Source: an uncultured Candidatus Rokubacteria bacterium (GTDB lineage: Bacteria; Methylomirabilota; Methylomirabilia; Rokubacteriales; CSP1-6). From it: 64,000 nt of DNA. Numbering within the stretch: the first letter of the stretch is position 1; each line of letters starts with the position of its first letter. Position numbers and translations under genes: made by a program. The DNA lies in assembly GCA_963747235.1 (NCBI GenBank), contig CAVVEU010000040.1, forward strand, positions 1 through 64,000, written 5' to 3'. The notes under the pieces were generated by a model, which searched no databases, was not told where the DNA came from, and was given only the letters and a program-made list of their open reading frames with translations. Positions 12,027 to 22,317 of this stretch are shown in pieces.

Positions 12027-12251
12027 ATGGCGCCACGCTGGCGGCTACCCAAGTCGAGCAGCACGGACCGCTGGCGGCTGACATGCAGCTGCGGCCGCTG
12101 GCGCGGCTTCACCGAGACCGACGTGGACGCACACCGACTCGCGGCGGAGCATCAGCGCGAGAAGGGCGCGCACGTCGTCAACATCGAAAGTCGGGACGAC
12201 TACCGCCGCCGAGAGCAAACCGCGCGTCCCCCGCATCCGCGCTCGATCTAG
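12027..12251 (+). CDS. Small hypothetical protein with CxC...H...H putative Zn site (74 aa)
   Basis: WRLTCSCGRW...AHRLAAEH...GAHVV in the 3' part of ORF 10599..12251; fills the intergenic gap. Confidence 0.55.
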   Translation: MAPRWRLPKSSSTDRWRLTCSCGRWRGFTETDVDAHRLAAEHQREKGAHVVNIESRDDYRRREQTARPPHPRSI

Positions 12252-12281
12252 CGGTTGCACCGCGACACTTTCCCGACTCCC

Positions 12282-13070
12282 TCAGCCCTTGCTGTACTCG
12301 TCGTTGCGGCGCCACCAGAGGCCCGCCTCGTTGCGCCCCTTGGGGGCGCGGTCGAGCCACTGGTACATGCCCCAGAGGCCGTCCACGCCGCGCGAATAGG
12401 TGGAATAGGTGTGGTAGACCACGCCGTCCTCGAGTGCGAACGCGCTCACGCCCGGCCTCTCGCGCGTATACGTGGCCACGTCGGTTCCGGTCGTGGCCGC
12501 GAAGGCGACGGGCCCATCAGCCGTCGAGCGCGAGGGAATCTCGGCCCCCTCACCGCCGCGTGGCGGCAACGCCGCCTCGCGCCGGTAGTTGTATTCGATG
12601 CCTTCTCGCTGTTGCTCCTCGGTGAACGAGGCGGTGAAGTCGAGATTGAAGTCGCTGCCGGACGAGGATGCCCAGGGGAACGTCCACCCCAGCCGCCGCT
12701 TGTACGCCTGCAGCTTCCCGAGCGGCGCCCGCGACACCGCCGATAGCATCACGTCGTGGTTGGCCAGGTGCACGGCGAACCCGTTGAACCCGTCCGCGAT
12801 CGCCGAGCAGGACGGACACCCCGCCTTGTAGTCGGGCCCGAACATGAAGTGGTACACGAGAAGCTGCGAGCGGCCCCGGAAGAGGTCTGCCAGCGAGGCG
12901 CTCCCCTCGTCGGTCTCGAATCGATACTCCTTGTCGATGCGGACCCACGGCAGCCCCTGCCGACGCCGTGCCAGCTCGTCGCTGCGCCGCGTCAGATCCT
13001 TCTCCGCCTCGAGCAGCTCCAGCCGGGCCGCGAGCCATTCCTTACGTGTGCCGGTCGTGTGCTTCGTCAT
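12282..13070 (-). CDS. DUF899 thioredoxin-like protein
   Basis: EWLAARLELLEAEK, QLLVYHFMF, GCPSC, HTYSTYSRG, LDRAPKGRNE. Confidence 0.9.
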   Translation of the reverse strand: MTKHTTGTRKEWLAARLELLEAEKDLTRRSDELARRRQGLPWVRIDKEYRFETDEGSASLADLFRGRSQLLVYHFMFGPDYKAGCPSCSAIADGFNGFAVHLANHDVMLSAVSRAPLGKLQAYKRRLGWTFPWASSSGSDFNLDFTASFTEEQQREGIEYNYRREAALPPRGGEGAEIPSRSTADGPVAFAATTGTDVATYTRERPGVSAFALEDGVVYHTYSTYSRGVDGLWGMYQWLDRAPKGRNEAGLWWRRNDEYSKG

Positions 13071-13109
13071 CACGCTTCCCTCCTTCGGCGTACTGGACAC
13101 ATCGCGCGG

Positions 13110-13751
13110 TCAGGGCTTGCGCACGGCGCGCACCTTGCCGCTGGTGCTTCCGCCGCAGTAGAAGACCCCGACGCCGTCGGCCTCGAGGCCGCTCACGACG
13201 ATGCCGGCGGGCATCTCGAGCTGTTCGAGGACCTCGCCCGTCTCCGGATCGACGCGGCGGAGATCGCTGCGCTCGTCCTCCAGGGTGGCGTGCCAGAGCT
13301 CGCCGTTCACCCACGAGACGCCGGTGACGAAGCGATCCGATTCGATCGTGCGCAGGATCGCGCCGGTCTCGGCGTCGATCTGGTGGATCTTGCGGGCGCG
13401 GTACTCGCCGACCCAGAGCGTCCCCTCGGCCCACGTCAGGCCCGAGTCCCCGCCGTGGGCCGGTGCCGGGATGGTGGCGACCACCTGGCCCGAGCGCGGA
13501 TCCACTTTCTGGATCCGGCCCTGGGCGATCTGCCAGAGGTACGTGCCGTCGAAGGCGGTGCCGCTCTCGGCCACCACGGCCAGCTCGCGGACCAACGCGC
13601 CGCCGCCAGGATCGACGGCGACGATGCTCTGGCCGCGGGCGAACCAGACGAGGGCACCGTCGAAGGTCACCCCATGGACCTTGTCGATGCCGGGATACGG
13701 TCCGTACTCGCGGAGGATCTCTGCCTGCTTGGTCTTGTCTGTCCTTGCCAT
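13110..13751 (-). CDS. Glutaminyl-cyclase-like beta-propeller protein
   Basis: Repeated blades (HGVTFDG, GTAFDG, SGLTWAEG, TGVSWVNG, SGLEADG); no signal peptide. Confidence 0.7.
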   Translation of the reverse strand: MARTDKTKQAEILREYGPYPGIDKVHGVTFDGALVWFARGQSIVAVDPGGGALVRELAVVAESGTAFDGTYLWQIAQGRIQKVDPRSGQVVATIPAPAHGGDSGLTWAEGTLWVGEYRARKIHQIDAETGAILRTIESDRFVTGVSWVNGELWHATLEDERSDLRRVDPETGEVLEQLEMPAGIVVSGLEADGVGVFYCGGSTSGKVRAVRKP

Positions 13752-13760
13752 GGCCCCACC

Positions 13761-14981
13761 CTACCCAATTGGCAGCGCCCCCGGGAGTAACAAGGTTGTC
13801 GCGAATCCGCCCGGCGCCGGCGCAAGCCAGCGGCGGGATCGACCCCGGCCGACGGCGCGCACCGCCGCCGCTTCCTCGAGCTGCCGCAATGCACGCTGAA
13901 CGGTTCGCTGGCTCGACCCTAGCGCACCCGCGAGCGCCGAGGTCGACCAGGACTCGCCGCCCTCGAGCAGCGCGAGGATGGCGCCGGCAGGACCGTCGAT
14001 CGGCGGCGCCAGCACGACGACCGCACGGCCGCCGACGGGGACGAGCGCGAAGCCGCGCCGGGTCGCCTCGATCCGGCCGAGCGGGCGCAGGGCGGCTCGC
14101 AGCCGGCCCAGCTCGACGCGCAGCCGGGCACGGTACGATTCATCCCCGGTGCGCGCCCCGAAGACGCGCTCGATGAGCCGGTCGCGCGGAACGTCGGCCG
14201 GCCAGGCCTCGGCGAGGGCGCCGACGAGCGCGAACAGGACCGGGCGTCCCCTGAGCGGAACGGACCGACCCGGGCCGCGCACCGCGCGCCGGCAGGCGTC
14301 GACAACGAGGTCGCCGGAGGCGAACAGGGCCTCGACCTCCTCGAGACGGACCGAGCGGACCACGCCGCCGCGAATCAGGCGAGCCGAGGGCGCCGACAGG
14401 GCACGCCGGGCCCGGTCGACCTCCGCGACCAGGGCCGGGATGCCGGCGGCCTGGGCGGCGATGTGGGCACGGCCGATCGCGGCGGCCGCGTCCGCGGCCC
14501 GGACACGGCGGAGCGCGAGCTCGGCTCGGGTGAGCTCGGCGCGGGCCGCGAGCGGCGGCGGCGCACCGGCGGCGTCGACTGCGGCGAGCACCCGCTCGGC
14601 GGCCGCGAGGTCGCCGACGAGCAGGTGCCGTCGGGCCCGGAGAAGGCGCGCGAAGAGAGCGTTCGCGTGATCACCCAGCCCATCCAGCACCCGCGCGGCC
14701 GCGGCGAGCCCGCGCACGGGCGCGCGCAGGTCGCGCGCGACGAGGGCAACCTCCGCCTCGGCGACCTGGCAGCGCGCCTGGGCGAGGCGGTCGCGGGGGC
14801 CGAAGGCCCGGGCGGCGCGCCGGAGGAGCTGGCGCGCCCGGGCGTAGTCGCCCAGCTGGGCCATGGCGATGCCGCGCAGGGCCAGCGCCGGCGGGTCCTC
14901 GCGCAGCGCGACGTAGTTGAGGGCGCCGAGGGGATCACCGGCCGCCAGCGCCCGCGCAGCCGAGCCGACGAGGGAGTCCAT
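13761..14981 (-). CDS. TPR-like repeat / winged-helix transcriptional regulator
   Basis: N-terminal helical repeats (GDPLGAL...ALRGIAMAQLG), OmpR-like wing region, C-terminal HTH WSTSALAGALGSSQRTVQRAL. Confidence 0.75.
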   Translation of the reverse strand: MDSLVGSAARALAAGDPLGALNYVALREDPPALALRGIAMAQLGDYARARQLLRRAARAFGPRDRLAQARCQVAEAEVALVARDLRAPVRGLAAAARVLDGLGDHANALFARLLRARRHLLVGDLAAAERVLAAVDAAGAPPPLAARAELTRAELALRRVRAADAAAAIGRAHIAAQAAGIPALVAEVDRARRALSAPSARLIRGGVVRSVRLEEVEALFASGDLVVDACRRAVRGPGRSVPLRGRPVLFALVGALAEAWPADVPRDRLIERVFGARTGDESYRARLRVELGRLRAALRPLGRIEATRRGFALVPVGGRAVVVLAPPIDGPAGAILALLEGGESWSTSALAGALGSSQRTVQRALRQLEEAAAVRAVGRGRSRRWLAPAPGGFATTLLLPGALPIG

Positions 14982-15574
14982 GTCTACGCACGTTACTTGA
15001 CAGGGCGCGACACGACGAGGAATCGGAGCATCATTCGCTGCGGGAAGTGGCGCCCCCACGATAGCCCGTTTAGCTCCGGGGATCAGCCGACATCTAGCAT
15101 CTCCAGGGTCTTCGCTCCCGCTTGGACGTGCGCGTTGATGAGCGTGGGGCCGTCATCGTTACCGAATCTGGAGCCCGTACTCCCGTTCCATTTCATTTCC
15201 GTTCGGGCGGATCAGGGCCTTCTGCGGCTTTCCGAGGTCTCTCGCACCGTCGAGGGAATTGCGCGACCACGTTTTCTCCCATTCGATCCACTAGTTGCAA
15301 GGCCATCCGACCGTAACACGGCCATGCGACTAAGACACGCGGCGTAACGCTCCCCAACGACTTGCGGGCGAAAGAACCAACTTCCCGCTCTCGCTCGCCG
15401 TCCGTCGGCGCCGGCCTCCAGAAGGTGGCGAATCCTGGGTCCGTCACCGCGTCTGCACCTCAGGCGCGCCGTTCGGCACCAGGGCTTTTGCCGGCGTCTT
15501 CGAGCGCGCGGATTGAGCGCTTTGACGCGCACCGTGTCGCTGTGCCAGGATTGCCGCTGGAGACGCGGCCCGCC

Positions 15575-17371
15575 ATGACCAACCAGCTGCCACGCGTTCA
15601 CGAAATGGAGCATCACGCAGCCCACTGGGCGACGACGCGGCCCGTCGTCGCGGGGACGCAGGGCGTCGTCGTCACCGGACACCCGCTGGTGTCCATCGCC
15701 GGCATGCGCATGCTCCTGTCCGGCGGCAACGCCGTCGACGCGGCGGTGGCGGCCGGCTTCGCCGCGGCCGTCGTGGAGCCGACCGCGTCCTACACGCTGT
15801 GCGGCGAGTGCGTGGCGCTCGTGCACGACGGACGCACGCGCGAGACGGTCGCGGTCAGCGGCCAGGGCGTCGCGCCGAAGCTGGCGACGGTGGCCTTCTT
15901 CCGCGGGCGGGGCCTCGATCGCATTCCGACCGGCCCGGGCGCGGACGCCCATCTGTCGTTCACCGTGCCGGGCGCCGTCGACGCCTACCTGACCCTGCTC
16001 GAGACCAGGGGTACCCGGACGCTCGCCGAGGTGCTCGCGCCTGCCGTCCACTATGCGCGCCACGGCTTCCCGATGTACGAGTACATGCACCGCATGCTGG
16101 CCATCCCCGAGAGCCGCACGCAGTTCGACCTCTACCCCCCGGGCGGGACCGACGTCTTCTATCCCGGCGGCCGCGTGCCCGAGGTCGGCGAGCTGTTCCG
16201 CCAGCCGGCGCTCGCCGCGACGCTCGAGCGGCTCGTCGAGGCCGACGCATCAGCCCGCGGCCATCGCGTCGCGGGCATCGCCGCCGCGCGCAAGCGGTTC
16301 TATCGCGGCGACATCGCCGCGACGATCGGCGGCTTCTCCGAGCGCGTGGGCGGTCTGCTCCGCGCGAGCGACCTGGCCGCCTACCGCACGCGACTGGAAG
16401 CGCCGGTCTTGGTCGCCTTCGCCGGACGCGAGATCCTCGGCCAGGGCCCGTGGACCCAGGCGCCCGTGCTCATGCAGGCGCTCGCCATGCTGGCGGGGTT
16501 CGACCTGCGCGCGATGGGTCACAACTCCTCGCGCTACATTCACGTCGTGACCGAGGCGCTGAAGCTCGCGTTCGCCGACCGCGAGCGCCACTACGGCGAC
16601 GCCCCCGTCCCGCTCGCGGACCTGCTGGGGCCGGCGTACGCGCGCGAGCGCGTGGCCCTGATCCGCATGGACCGTGCGATGCCCGAAGCGCCCGCGCCCG
16701 GCGACCCCCTCCACACCGCCTCGCCCCTGGTGGACGCACGCGCGCACGCGGGCGGGGCCTCGCCGCCGGCGAGCGGCATGGCGCCGGCCGCCGACGGCAC
16801 GACGCACATCGCGGCCATCGATCGCGACGGCACCATGATCTGCCTGACGCCGAGCGGCGGCGTGTTCCGCAAGTCCGCGTTCGTGCCGGAGCTGGGCTGC
16901 ACGCTCAGCACGCGCAGCGAGATGTTCGTGCTGGAGGACGGCCATCCCAACGGCCTGGTGCCGGGCAAGCGACCCCGGACGACGCTGATCAGCTACCTGA
17001 TCTCCAAGGACGGGGTGCCCATCACGACGGTCGGCTGCCCGGGCGGCGACGACCAGGCGCAGGCAGATCTTCAGATCGTGCTGAACCTGCTCGTCTGGGG
17101 GATGAATCCCCAGCAGGCCGTCGAGGCTCCGCGCTTCTCGACGCAGACGCTCGTGAACTCGTTCTGGCCGCGTGTGTACCGGCCCGGTCAGCTCAACGTG
17201 GAGGCGGGGATTCCCGAGCGCACCCGCGGAGAGCTGCGCGCGCTCGGTCACGCCGTGTCCGAGATCGGCGCGTGCGGTGTCGGCGCCGTGGTGACGAGCC
17301 GGGATCCGGTGACGGGCGTGCTGTCCGCCGGCGCGGATCCACGCCGGCCGACCTACGCCCTGGCCTGGTAG
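15575..17371 (+). CDS. Gamma-glutamyltransferase family (Ntn hydrolase)
   Basis: GGNAVDAA, TVPG, FYRGDIA, KLAFADR, nucleophile GTTHIAAID, PGKRP, GADPRR. Confidence 0.92.
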   Translation: MTNQLPRVHEMEHHAAHWATTRPVVAGTQGVVVTGHPLVSIAGMRMLLSGGNAVDAAVAAGFAAAVVEPTASYTLCGECVALVHDGRTRETVAVSGQGVAPKLATVAFFRGRGLDRIPTGPGADAHLSFTVPGAVDAYLTLLETRGTRTLAEVLAPAVHYARHGFPMYEYMHRMLAIPESRTQFDLYPPGGTDVFYPGGRVPEVGELFRQPALAATLERLVEADASARGHRVAGIAAARKRFYRGDIAATIGGFSERVGGLLRASDLAAYRTRLEAPVLVAFAGREILGQGPWTQAPVLMQALAMLAGFDLRAMGHNSSRYIHVVTEALKLAFADRERHYGDAPVPLADLLGPAYARERVALIRMDRAMPEAPAPGDPLHTASPLVDARAHAGGASPPASGMAPAADGTTHIAAIDRDGTMICLTPSGGVFRKSAFVPELGCTLSTRSEMFVLEDGHPNGLVPGKRPRTTLISYLISKDGVPITTVGCPGGDDQAQADLQIVLNLLVWGMNPQQAVEAPRFSTQTLVNSFWPRVYRPGQLNVEAGIPERTRGELRALGHAVSEIGACGVGAVVTSRDPVTGVLSAGADPRRPTYALAW

Positions 17372-17387
17372 CGCGCGCCGAGCGGCA

Positions 17388-18335
17388 TTGTCAGGTAGTC
17401 TTCGCCGCCTCGCCGTCGTACTGCTCGCCGTGTGCGCGATCGCGCTCCCGTTCCTGTTGTGGGGCTTCCGCACCTACCAGCTCGCCTTTGCCGCCACGCA
17501 CGCGATCGCCATCCTCGGCCTCAACCTGATCGCGGGCCAGGCGGGGCTGATCTCGCTCGGACATGGCGCATTCTACGGGCTGGGGGCGTACACCCTGGCG
17601 GTGATGATGCGCCATGGGAGCATGTCCGCCTACGCGGGAATCCCCGCCGCCGCGCTCGTGTGCCTGGTCGCCGGGTACCTGTTCGGGCGTGTCGTGGCGC
17701 GGCTCGCCGGCTTCCACCTCGCCCTGACCACGTTCGCCCTTGCCCTCGCGGTGCCGCAGACGCTCAAGTCGAGCTATCTGAGTCCCTGGACGGGCGGCGT
17801 GCAAGGCCTCTACCTCGATCGGCCCGGCGCGCCGCTCGGCCTGCCCTTGAGCCAGGATCAGTGGTGGTACTTCGTGACCCTCGGCATCCTCGCCCTGTCG
17901 CTGTGGATGGCGCGGAACCTGGTAGCCGGGCGCACGGGCCGTGCCATCCGGGCCATGCGCGACCATCCGATCGCCGCCCAGGCCTTCGGGATCGACGTCG
18001 CCCAGTACACCGCCCTGACCTTCGCGGTGGGGGCGGCGTACGCGGGTGTTGCCGGCGCACTCGCGGCGCTGCTCCTCGACTTCATCGCGCCCGAGAGCTT
18101 CACCTACTGGCTCTCGATCCTCTTGCTGGTGGGCTCGGTATTCGGTGGCATGACATCGGTCTGGGGCGCCGTGGTCGGAGGACTCTTCCTTCAGTTCTGG
18201 CCCGATATCGCCAGCATGGTTTCCCGCGATCTGGTGCTCACGGTATTCGGAGCGCTCCTCGTGCTCTCGATGCGGTTCATGCCCGGCGGCGTCGCCGGGA
18301 TGGTGGCGGCGCAGCGGCCCCGGCAACCGCCATGA
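17388..18335 (+). CDS. Branched-chain amino acid ABC permease (LivM-like), no partner genes nearby
   Basis: GLNLIAGQAGLISLGHGAF, GRAIRAMRD...AQAFGI, GG...WGAVVG, MPGG. Confidence 0.88.
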   Translation: MSGSLRRLAVVLLAVCAIALPFLLWGFRTYQLAFAATHAIAILGLNLIAGQAGLISLGHGAFYGLGAYTLAVMMRHGSMSAYAGIPAAALVCLVAGYLFGRVVARLAGFHLALTTFALALAVPQTLKSSYLSPWTGGVQGLYLDRPGAPLGLPLSQDQWWYFVTLGILALSLWMARNLVAGRTGRAIRAMRDHPIAAQAFGIDVAQYTALTFAVGAAYAGVAGALAALLLDFIAPESFTYWLSILLLVGSVFGGMTSVWGAVVGGLFLQFWPDIASMVSRDLVLTVFGALLVLSMRFMPGGVAGMVAAQRPRQPP

Positions 18336-18540
18336 CATTCACGCCGCGCGCTGGTCGGATCTACGAGGGGGGACGCGACGCGGGCGCCTCCTGGCGGCAC
18401 TTTCGGCAGAGCTAGAGTAGACCGTGAAAAGGGCACGCGACTAAAACACACATGGCCCCTGAGTCTAGGGCACCTCTCTGAGATGAACAACGGGCGCCGA
18501 GACGTGGACCCGCTTGCGTTCGCCCTCAAGCGCCTCCGCG

Positions 18541-21500
18541 TCAGGGGCTGTCGGGGCTTCCGGCGCGGCCCTGCGCCAGGACCGCGCGCACCGCCGGGGT
18601 GTGGAGGAACGACTCGCGCAGCTCGGCCGGGCCGGCGTGGCTCGCGATGTGGTCGATGACCTCCCGCGCTCGACCGAGCAGGAGCTGCGCGCTCGTCGCG
18701 TCGCCGCGCTCCGTCTCGATCTCCGAACGCGATGCCAGGATCCGCCACGCGTACCGCCGCTCCCCCATCGCCTGAGCTACGACGCAGGCCCGTCCGAGCG
18801 CCTCGAGCGCCTCGTCCCGCCGGCCGAGCCCGCGCAGCGCCTGGCCCTTGAGGTACAGGGTCTGGGGCAGACAGGCCTCACAGTGCAGCACGCCGCTGAG
18901 CCTCTCCAGCTCGTCCATGAGCGACAGCGCGCGGGGGAAGTCGCCGGTCGCCAGGGCGAGCGCGCCGTGCGCCGAGAAGACGAGTGGCACGGTCAGGAGC
19001 GCCATCAGTCCTTCCCGGTTCATATCCGTCCGCACCGTCGCGATCTCCGCCTGCGCTTCCCCGATGTCGTTCCGCGAGAGATGGAGCCCGGTAAGGATCG
19101 CGTGCGCCCACTGCCCCGCGTCCGGCAACACGGTCGCCGGCCCCCCGATCACTCGACGGCACGAGTCCATGGCGCGCTCGGTCGCGCCGAGCGTCTCGTA
19201 GCCCTGGGCGAGAGACATGAGGAGGAGGCCGTGGATGAACGGCAAACGCTCCATGCCGGTCAATCCGATCGCGGCGTCCAGCGCTTCGATGGCGCGGCCG
19301 ACCTCACCGCGCTCCGTGTGGACCCAGCCGAATACCACTCCACTGGAGCCCAGATTCCACAGGTTGCCGATCGACTCGCTGATCCGCCGAGACTCCGTCG
19401 CCGCGGCGAACGCCCCGTCGAGGTCGCCGGACCTCGCGAGACGGTACGAGGCCTGGCCGTAGGAGTCGGCCAGCATCGGGAGGTTGCCCAGCTCCCGGAA
19501 GAGCTGTCGGGATTCCTCGGCCGCCACGTTCGCCCGTTCCGGGAGGGCGAGGGTGTTGTAGATCATCACCAGATCGTTGAGCGTCAGGGCCATCTGCTCT
19601 CGCAGGTTGCTCTCGCGAGCGATCGCCACCGACGCTTCCCCGTAACCCAACGCGCGATTGAGATCCCCTTCGCGCGCGCGGCCCAGCATCAGGAGCATCA
19701 GGTTCCAGTTGATCCGGGCCGCCGCCGTGCGATCCCCGAGGTCCCGGGCGAGCGCGAGTCCCTCCGCGGCGAGCGCCTCGGCCTGCGCCTCATCGTAGAG
19801 CGGGGTCTTCGTGGAGTGGACCGTGCCGCGGGCCACCAGGGCGCTGAGCCGCAGAGCGGGATCGCCCCTTCGCTCGGCGGCGGCCGCCATCTCGGTGTAG
19901 CGGGCTAGGGCCTCTTCGTATCGCGTCCCGAGCTCCAGCGCCCGGCCCCGAAGGGTGTAGAGCCTCGAGAGTTCCGGCGTAGGGGTGCCGACGCGCTCGG
20001 CCCGCTCCAGGGCCGCCGAGTAGTGAGCGACCGCCTCGACGTACGCCGACAGACGATAGGCGGCGTCGCCCGCGACGGTGAGGTAGTGCAACGCGCGCGC
20101 ATCGTCCCGGGCCTCGGAGAAGTGGTGGGCCAGCACTGGAGCCAGCTCCTCGCGCCGCTCGGGGAAGAGCGATTCGAGCGCATCGCCGACTCGTCGATGG
20201 AACTCGCGGCGGTGGCGCAGCAGGATGGTGTTGTAGGCAGCCTCGTGGGTCAGGAGGCTGCGGAAGGTGTACTGCAGCTCCGGCTCCCGGCTCGTCTCGC
20301 GGATCATGTCTGCCCGGACCAGCGTGGCGATCTGGCGATCCAGCCCCACCTTCTCGCCGGCGATGCCCGCCAGAACGCGATAGAAGAAGGCCGGACCCGC
20401 CACTGCGGCCAGCTGGAGCGTACCGCGGGACGCTTCGTCGAGCCTATCGATGCGGGCCACCAGCAGGGCTTGCAGGTTGTCCGGGACGTCGATCTCGTCC
20501 ACGCTGGTGAAGGCGGCCCAGCGGAAGCCGCCATTGAGCCGCTCGATGAGGCCACGGTCGATCAGGCTCCGGGCCACCTCCTCGATGAAGAACGGTACTC
20601 CCGAGGCCTTCGCGAGGATGCGGGCGCGCGTGGCCACGGGCACCTCCGCCCCCGGCAGCACTGCCTGGAGCAGGGCGTCGGCTTCGGGCTCCGACAGCGG
20701 TTCCAGCGCGACCTCGGTGTATCGATGGGCATACTCGGCATCGGCGACGAGCTTGAGGCGCCAGCACGGGGCCTGCCGGTCGCGTCGGAAGGAGCAGACC
20801 ACGAGCAGCGGCACCTCGTCCGTGAGGGCGAGCAGCTGGAACAGGAGTTCCACGGAGGCGGTGTCCGCCCAGTGGAGATCGTCGCAGACCATCACCGCGG
20901 GCCGGCCGGGGGCCGACCCGCTCGACGAGACCGCGAGCCGCTTCCACAAGATCCGGTTCGCGGTCAGGAAGAGCTGCTTGAACGTCTCGCCTTCGAGGGG
21001 GGGCTCGCCGGAGACGTCGGGCACGCCGAGCACGGACTCGACCACCCGCTGCCACTGGGCGCGCTGGTCGGCGGCCAACCCGTCGAAGAGCCCGGCAATC
21101 TTCTGGCGCAGCACGTCCGCCGGGTCGTTCGGCCCGGCCCGCGCCAGGCGCCGGATCAACCGCCCGAAGAGGGCGTACGGTCGCGTCGCTTCATAGGACC
21201 GGCTCCCGGTCTCGAACCAGGACTCACCACCTTCCTCGCGGAGGAACGAGGCCTTCAGCTCGCGGACCAGCCGGGTCTTGCCGAGCCCGGCGTCGCCGAT
21301 CAGGCACACGACGGCACCGAATCCCTCCCGCGCCCTGCCGAGCGCCGCGCCCAGCGCGGCCATCTCGTGGTCCCGTCCCACGAGCGGTCCCTCGTCGCCG
21401 GACACCGCCTCGAATCGAACGGCCTCTGCCTTGCGCGCCAGCACCCGGTAGGCCTGCACGGGCTCGTCCTTGCCCTTGACCTCGATGCCGCCAAGGTCCT

Positions 21501-22317
21501 CGACCTCGAACAGCGGGCGAATCAGCCGGTGCGTGGCGCCGGAGATCTGGACCGTGCCCGGGCGCGCCGTCTGCTCCATCCGGGCCGCGACGTTGACGGC
21601 GTCGCCCATGGCGGTGAACTCGATCCGGAGATCGGACCCGACCTGATCGATCACGACCAGACCGGTGTTGATCCCGACCCGCACGTCGAACGACAGCCCG
21701 CGCTCGCGCTCCACGCGCACCCCGTACTCCCGGATCGCCGCGACGATGTCCAGGCCGGCGAGCACCGCGCGCTGCGCGTCGTCTTCGTGCGCGATGGGCG
21801 CCCCGAAGAAAGCCAGGATGCCGTCCCCCAGCAGCTGCGCCACCGTGCCCTCGTAAAGGTAGACCGGAGCCACGAGGTGCTCGACGGTGCCCTTCATCAC
21901 GTCCGCCCACTCCTCGGGGTCGAGACGCCCCGCCATGGCGGTCGAGCCCTTGATGTCGCAGAAGAGCATCGTGACGATGCGGCGCTCGCCCACCATGCCC
22001 CCGCCCGCCTGTGCGGCGTCGACCCTGGACTTGAGCTCCGGTGGGATGTACTGGCGCAGGTCGGGAGGGAGAGCGACCGGGTCCGGGCCGCCGGGGTGAG
22101 CCGCACCGGCATCCGCCGAGCCGAGCCGATCCGGCTGGGGCCAAGCCTGAGGGGAGAGCGGTAGCCCGCAACTGTCGCAGAAATCCGAGTCCGCAGCGTG
22201 TTCCTGGCCGCAACGAGGGCAGCGGCCCTCCAGCAGGACGCCGCAGCGTCGACAGAAGTTGGCGCCCGCACGGTTGGTCGCGCGACAGCGGGGACAGCTC
22301 ATCTCGCCCGCGATCAT
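18541..22317 (-). CDS. Double zinc ribbon + class III adenylate/guanylate cyclase + AAA/STAND ATPase + TPR protein
   Basis: Four CxxC pairs; ERRIVTMLFCD, GDG, GDAVNVAARM; GDAGLGKT, DDLHWAD, GVPFFIEE; C-terminal TPR-like helices. Confidence 0.92.
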   Translation of the reverse strand: MIAGEMSCPRCRATNRAGANFCRRCGVLLEGRCPRCGQEHAADSDFCDSCGLPLSPQAWPQPDRLGSADAGAAHPGGPDPVALPPDLRQYIPPELKSRVDAAQAGGGMVGERRIVTMLFCDIKGSTAMAGRLDPEEWADVMKGTVEHLVAPVYLYEGTVAQLLGDGILAFFGAPIAHEDDAQRAVLAGLDIVAAIREYGVRVERERGLSFDVRVGINTGLVVIDQVGSDLRIEFTAMGDAVNVAARMEQTARPGTVQISGATHRLIRPLFEVEDLGGIEVKGKDEPVQAYRVLARKAEAVRFEAVSGDEGPLVGRDHEMAALGAALGRAREGFGAVVCLIGDAGLGKTRLVRELKASFLREEGGESWFETGSRSYEATRPYALFGRLIRRLARAGPNDPADVLRQKIAGLFDGLAADQRAQWQRVVESVLGVPDVSGEPPLEGETFKQLFLTANRILWKRLAVSSSGSAPGRPAVMVCDDLHWADTASVELLFQLLALTDEVPLLVVCSFRRDRQAPCWRLKLVADAEYAHRYTEVALEPLSEPEADALLQAVLPGAEVPVATRARILAKASGVPFFIEEVARSLIDRGLIERLNGGFRWAAFTSVDEIDVPDNLQALLVARIDRLDEASRGTLQLAAVAGPAFFYRVLAGIAGEKVGLDRQIATLVRADMIRETSREPELQYTFRSLLTHEAAYNTILLRHRREFHRRVGDALESLFPERREELAPVLAHHFSEARDDARALHYLTVAGDAAYRLSAYVEAVAHYSAALERAERVGTPTPELSRLYTLRGRALELGTRYEEALARYTEMAAAAERRGDPALRLSALVARGTVHSTKTPLYDEAQAEALAAEGLALARDLGDRTAAARINWNLMLLMLGRAREGDLNRALGYGEASVAIARESNLREQMALTLNDLVMIYNTLALPERANVAAEESRQLFRELGNLPMLADSYGQASYRLARSGDLDGAFAAATESRRISESIGNLWNLGSSGVVFGWVHTERGEVGRAIEALDAAIGLTGMERLPFIHGLLLMSLAQGYETLGATERAMDSCRRVIGGPATVLPDAGQWAHAILTGLHLSRNDIGEAQAEIATVRTDMNREGLMALLTVPLVFSAHGALALATGDFPRALSLMDELERLSGVLHCEACLPQTLYLKGQALRGLGRRDEALEALGRACVVAQAMGERRYAWRILASRSEIETERGDATSAQLLLGRAREVIDHIASHAGPAELRESFLHTPAVRAVLAQGRAGSPDSP

